From positions 248,001 to 312,000 of the forward strand of contig JAQGDQ010002374.1 in assembly GCA_030141605.1 (NCBI GenBank): a stretch of DNA of 64,000 nucleotides. Direction: 5' to 3'. Source of the DNA: Tubiluchus corallicola (lineage: Eukaryota; Animalia; Priapulida). The translations under genes were made by a program, and so were the position numbers. The notes beneath the pieces were generated by a model that had not been told where the DNA came from, ran no database searches, and saw only the letters and a list, made by a program, of their open reading frames with translations. Shown piece by piece: positions 62,768-64,000 of the stretch (position 1 is its first letter; every line of letters starts with the position of its first letter).

Positions 62768-64000
62768 CTTGGTTTTCATAAGATTTAAGATAATACTTGA
62801 TAAATAATAATTATTAAAAATCAAAATACAAAGCTTTGCGAACGATACAGATTTGTTAATATCTTGAGGTCGACATATGCCCAATGAATTATGCTACTTC
62901 GCTAGCAAGTTCAATAGCAAGATAAGCCTCTGAGATAAAATACTGAACAGGCAGAGATATCACAGTCACATTCAGATGCATGAACATCTCTAAACATCAA
63001 GAAATGATTCGGAATCACTGTAAAAGTACTATCCAAGAGTGATATTAATTTGCAGTTTCCCTACAAATCAGTTGCCCTGCTTTGTGCTGCTTAAAGTTGA
63101 TAATCAATTACTCGCCGTGAGTACTCACTATTGCGTTTATGCAAACTTCAACATGATTCACTACCTTATCGTTCTAACGTTGTAAATCTATGATTCATTA
63201 CATTTTCCGTGCATTTTATTTACCAGTTCTGGGAAATGGCAGTTTTTTTCTCGGAAGTAAATACTTCTGGCAAAGTGTACACCGTTTAGTGCTTTGATAA
63301 AAGCAGCTGACACTGGTAGTGAATATAAACAATTATTACAACACTGTTTGCAAAAGATCAAGTATTTGAATAAATTTAATCTAAAAAACTTTTTATACAA
63401 TTTAAAATCGTCAACTTAAAGGCGTCTTGTAGGAGCATAACTGAATAATTCATTAAAATATAAACCTGTACTTCCATTCTGCACTTGCATTAATATATCT
63501 GTACATAATTATAATAATTACTAAACTAAAGTGCTAAATTAACAATGCTTGTTCAGTAGCCGATGGAGATTTTGGAAACGATAGCGTAGGCACTTCTGTT
63601 AGTGGAAGGAATGCTTTCCCCATTTAAGTGACTTAAATTAGCCACAGGTTATCCCCGTACAATAAGACGGGGATGAGTAAAGCCCGGGCAAGGTTGTTGA
63701 TGTTGGGTTTTCCCTTTACACCAACCTAAGTATTCATAAGGCACAGGCATAGCGAAGCACAGGTATTATTGACACACATCAAGCGCCAGAAAGCACATAT
63801 CTTCAGTAACAAGAATACTGCACGTGCAGCTGCAAGGTAAGAATATTATACACTTATTAGTAGTAACGCGATAAGCTTATAAACTTAAATTCCTACACGA
63901 ACGTTAAAATTCAATTGATAGTTCGTACACGTTTACAGTATAAGTATTACATACGTATGTAATTTAAAATAGTTTATTGTGCTTTAAAATCTACATCTAA

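Larger units (their letters stand above)
61858..63284. mobile_element. Fold-back-type DNA element with subterminal TT(C/G)CCAGAA repeat arrays
   Basis: About 9 copies of TTTNCCAGAAA-like units at 61864-62040, mirrored in inverted orientation at 63227-63274 (TTCTGGGAAA, TTCTCGGAAG, CTTCTGGCAAA). Confidence 0.5.

Noticed and set aside
63550-63840. Possible exon and small hairpins (ATCCCCGT...ACGGGGAT at 63651-63674) near the window end
   Set aside because: The frames I tried are closed by stops and the stem is only 8 bp; insufficient evidence.

Overview
This is AT-rich, intron-containing eukaryotic DNA, most likely from an invertebrate animal. It is not prokaryotic, and no rRNA, tRNA or CRISPR array is visible. 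Three conserved genes were reconstructed exon by exon: PRPF3 (minus strand, 10 coding exons, about 697 aa, one GC-AG intron), FBXW7/Cdc4/archipelago (plus strand), and PSMD1/Rpn2 (minus strand, 1003 aa with a completely intronless CDS). The most striking observation is a chain of five plus-strand exons (21655-31792), only partly picked up by the ORF track. They encode a complete ComEA-type tandem helix-hairpin-helix (HhH) DNA-binding domain plus an acidic linker. Their splice phases join, through two microexons, in frame to the FBXW7 core, predicting an approximately 825-aa HhH/D-domain/F-box/WD40 protein, i.e. a possible DNA-binding SCF substrate receptor. A separate TATA/CCAAT promoter at about 38.9 kb would give a short HhH-less isoform. 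Introns and intergenic DNA hold many non-autonomous DNA transposons (nested Tc1/pogo-like MITEs, hAT and Harbinger MITEs), a probable solo LTR with a heat-shock element, tandem duplications and microsatellites. Gene models come from manual reading only and need transcript confirmation.
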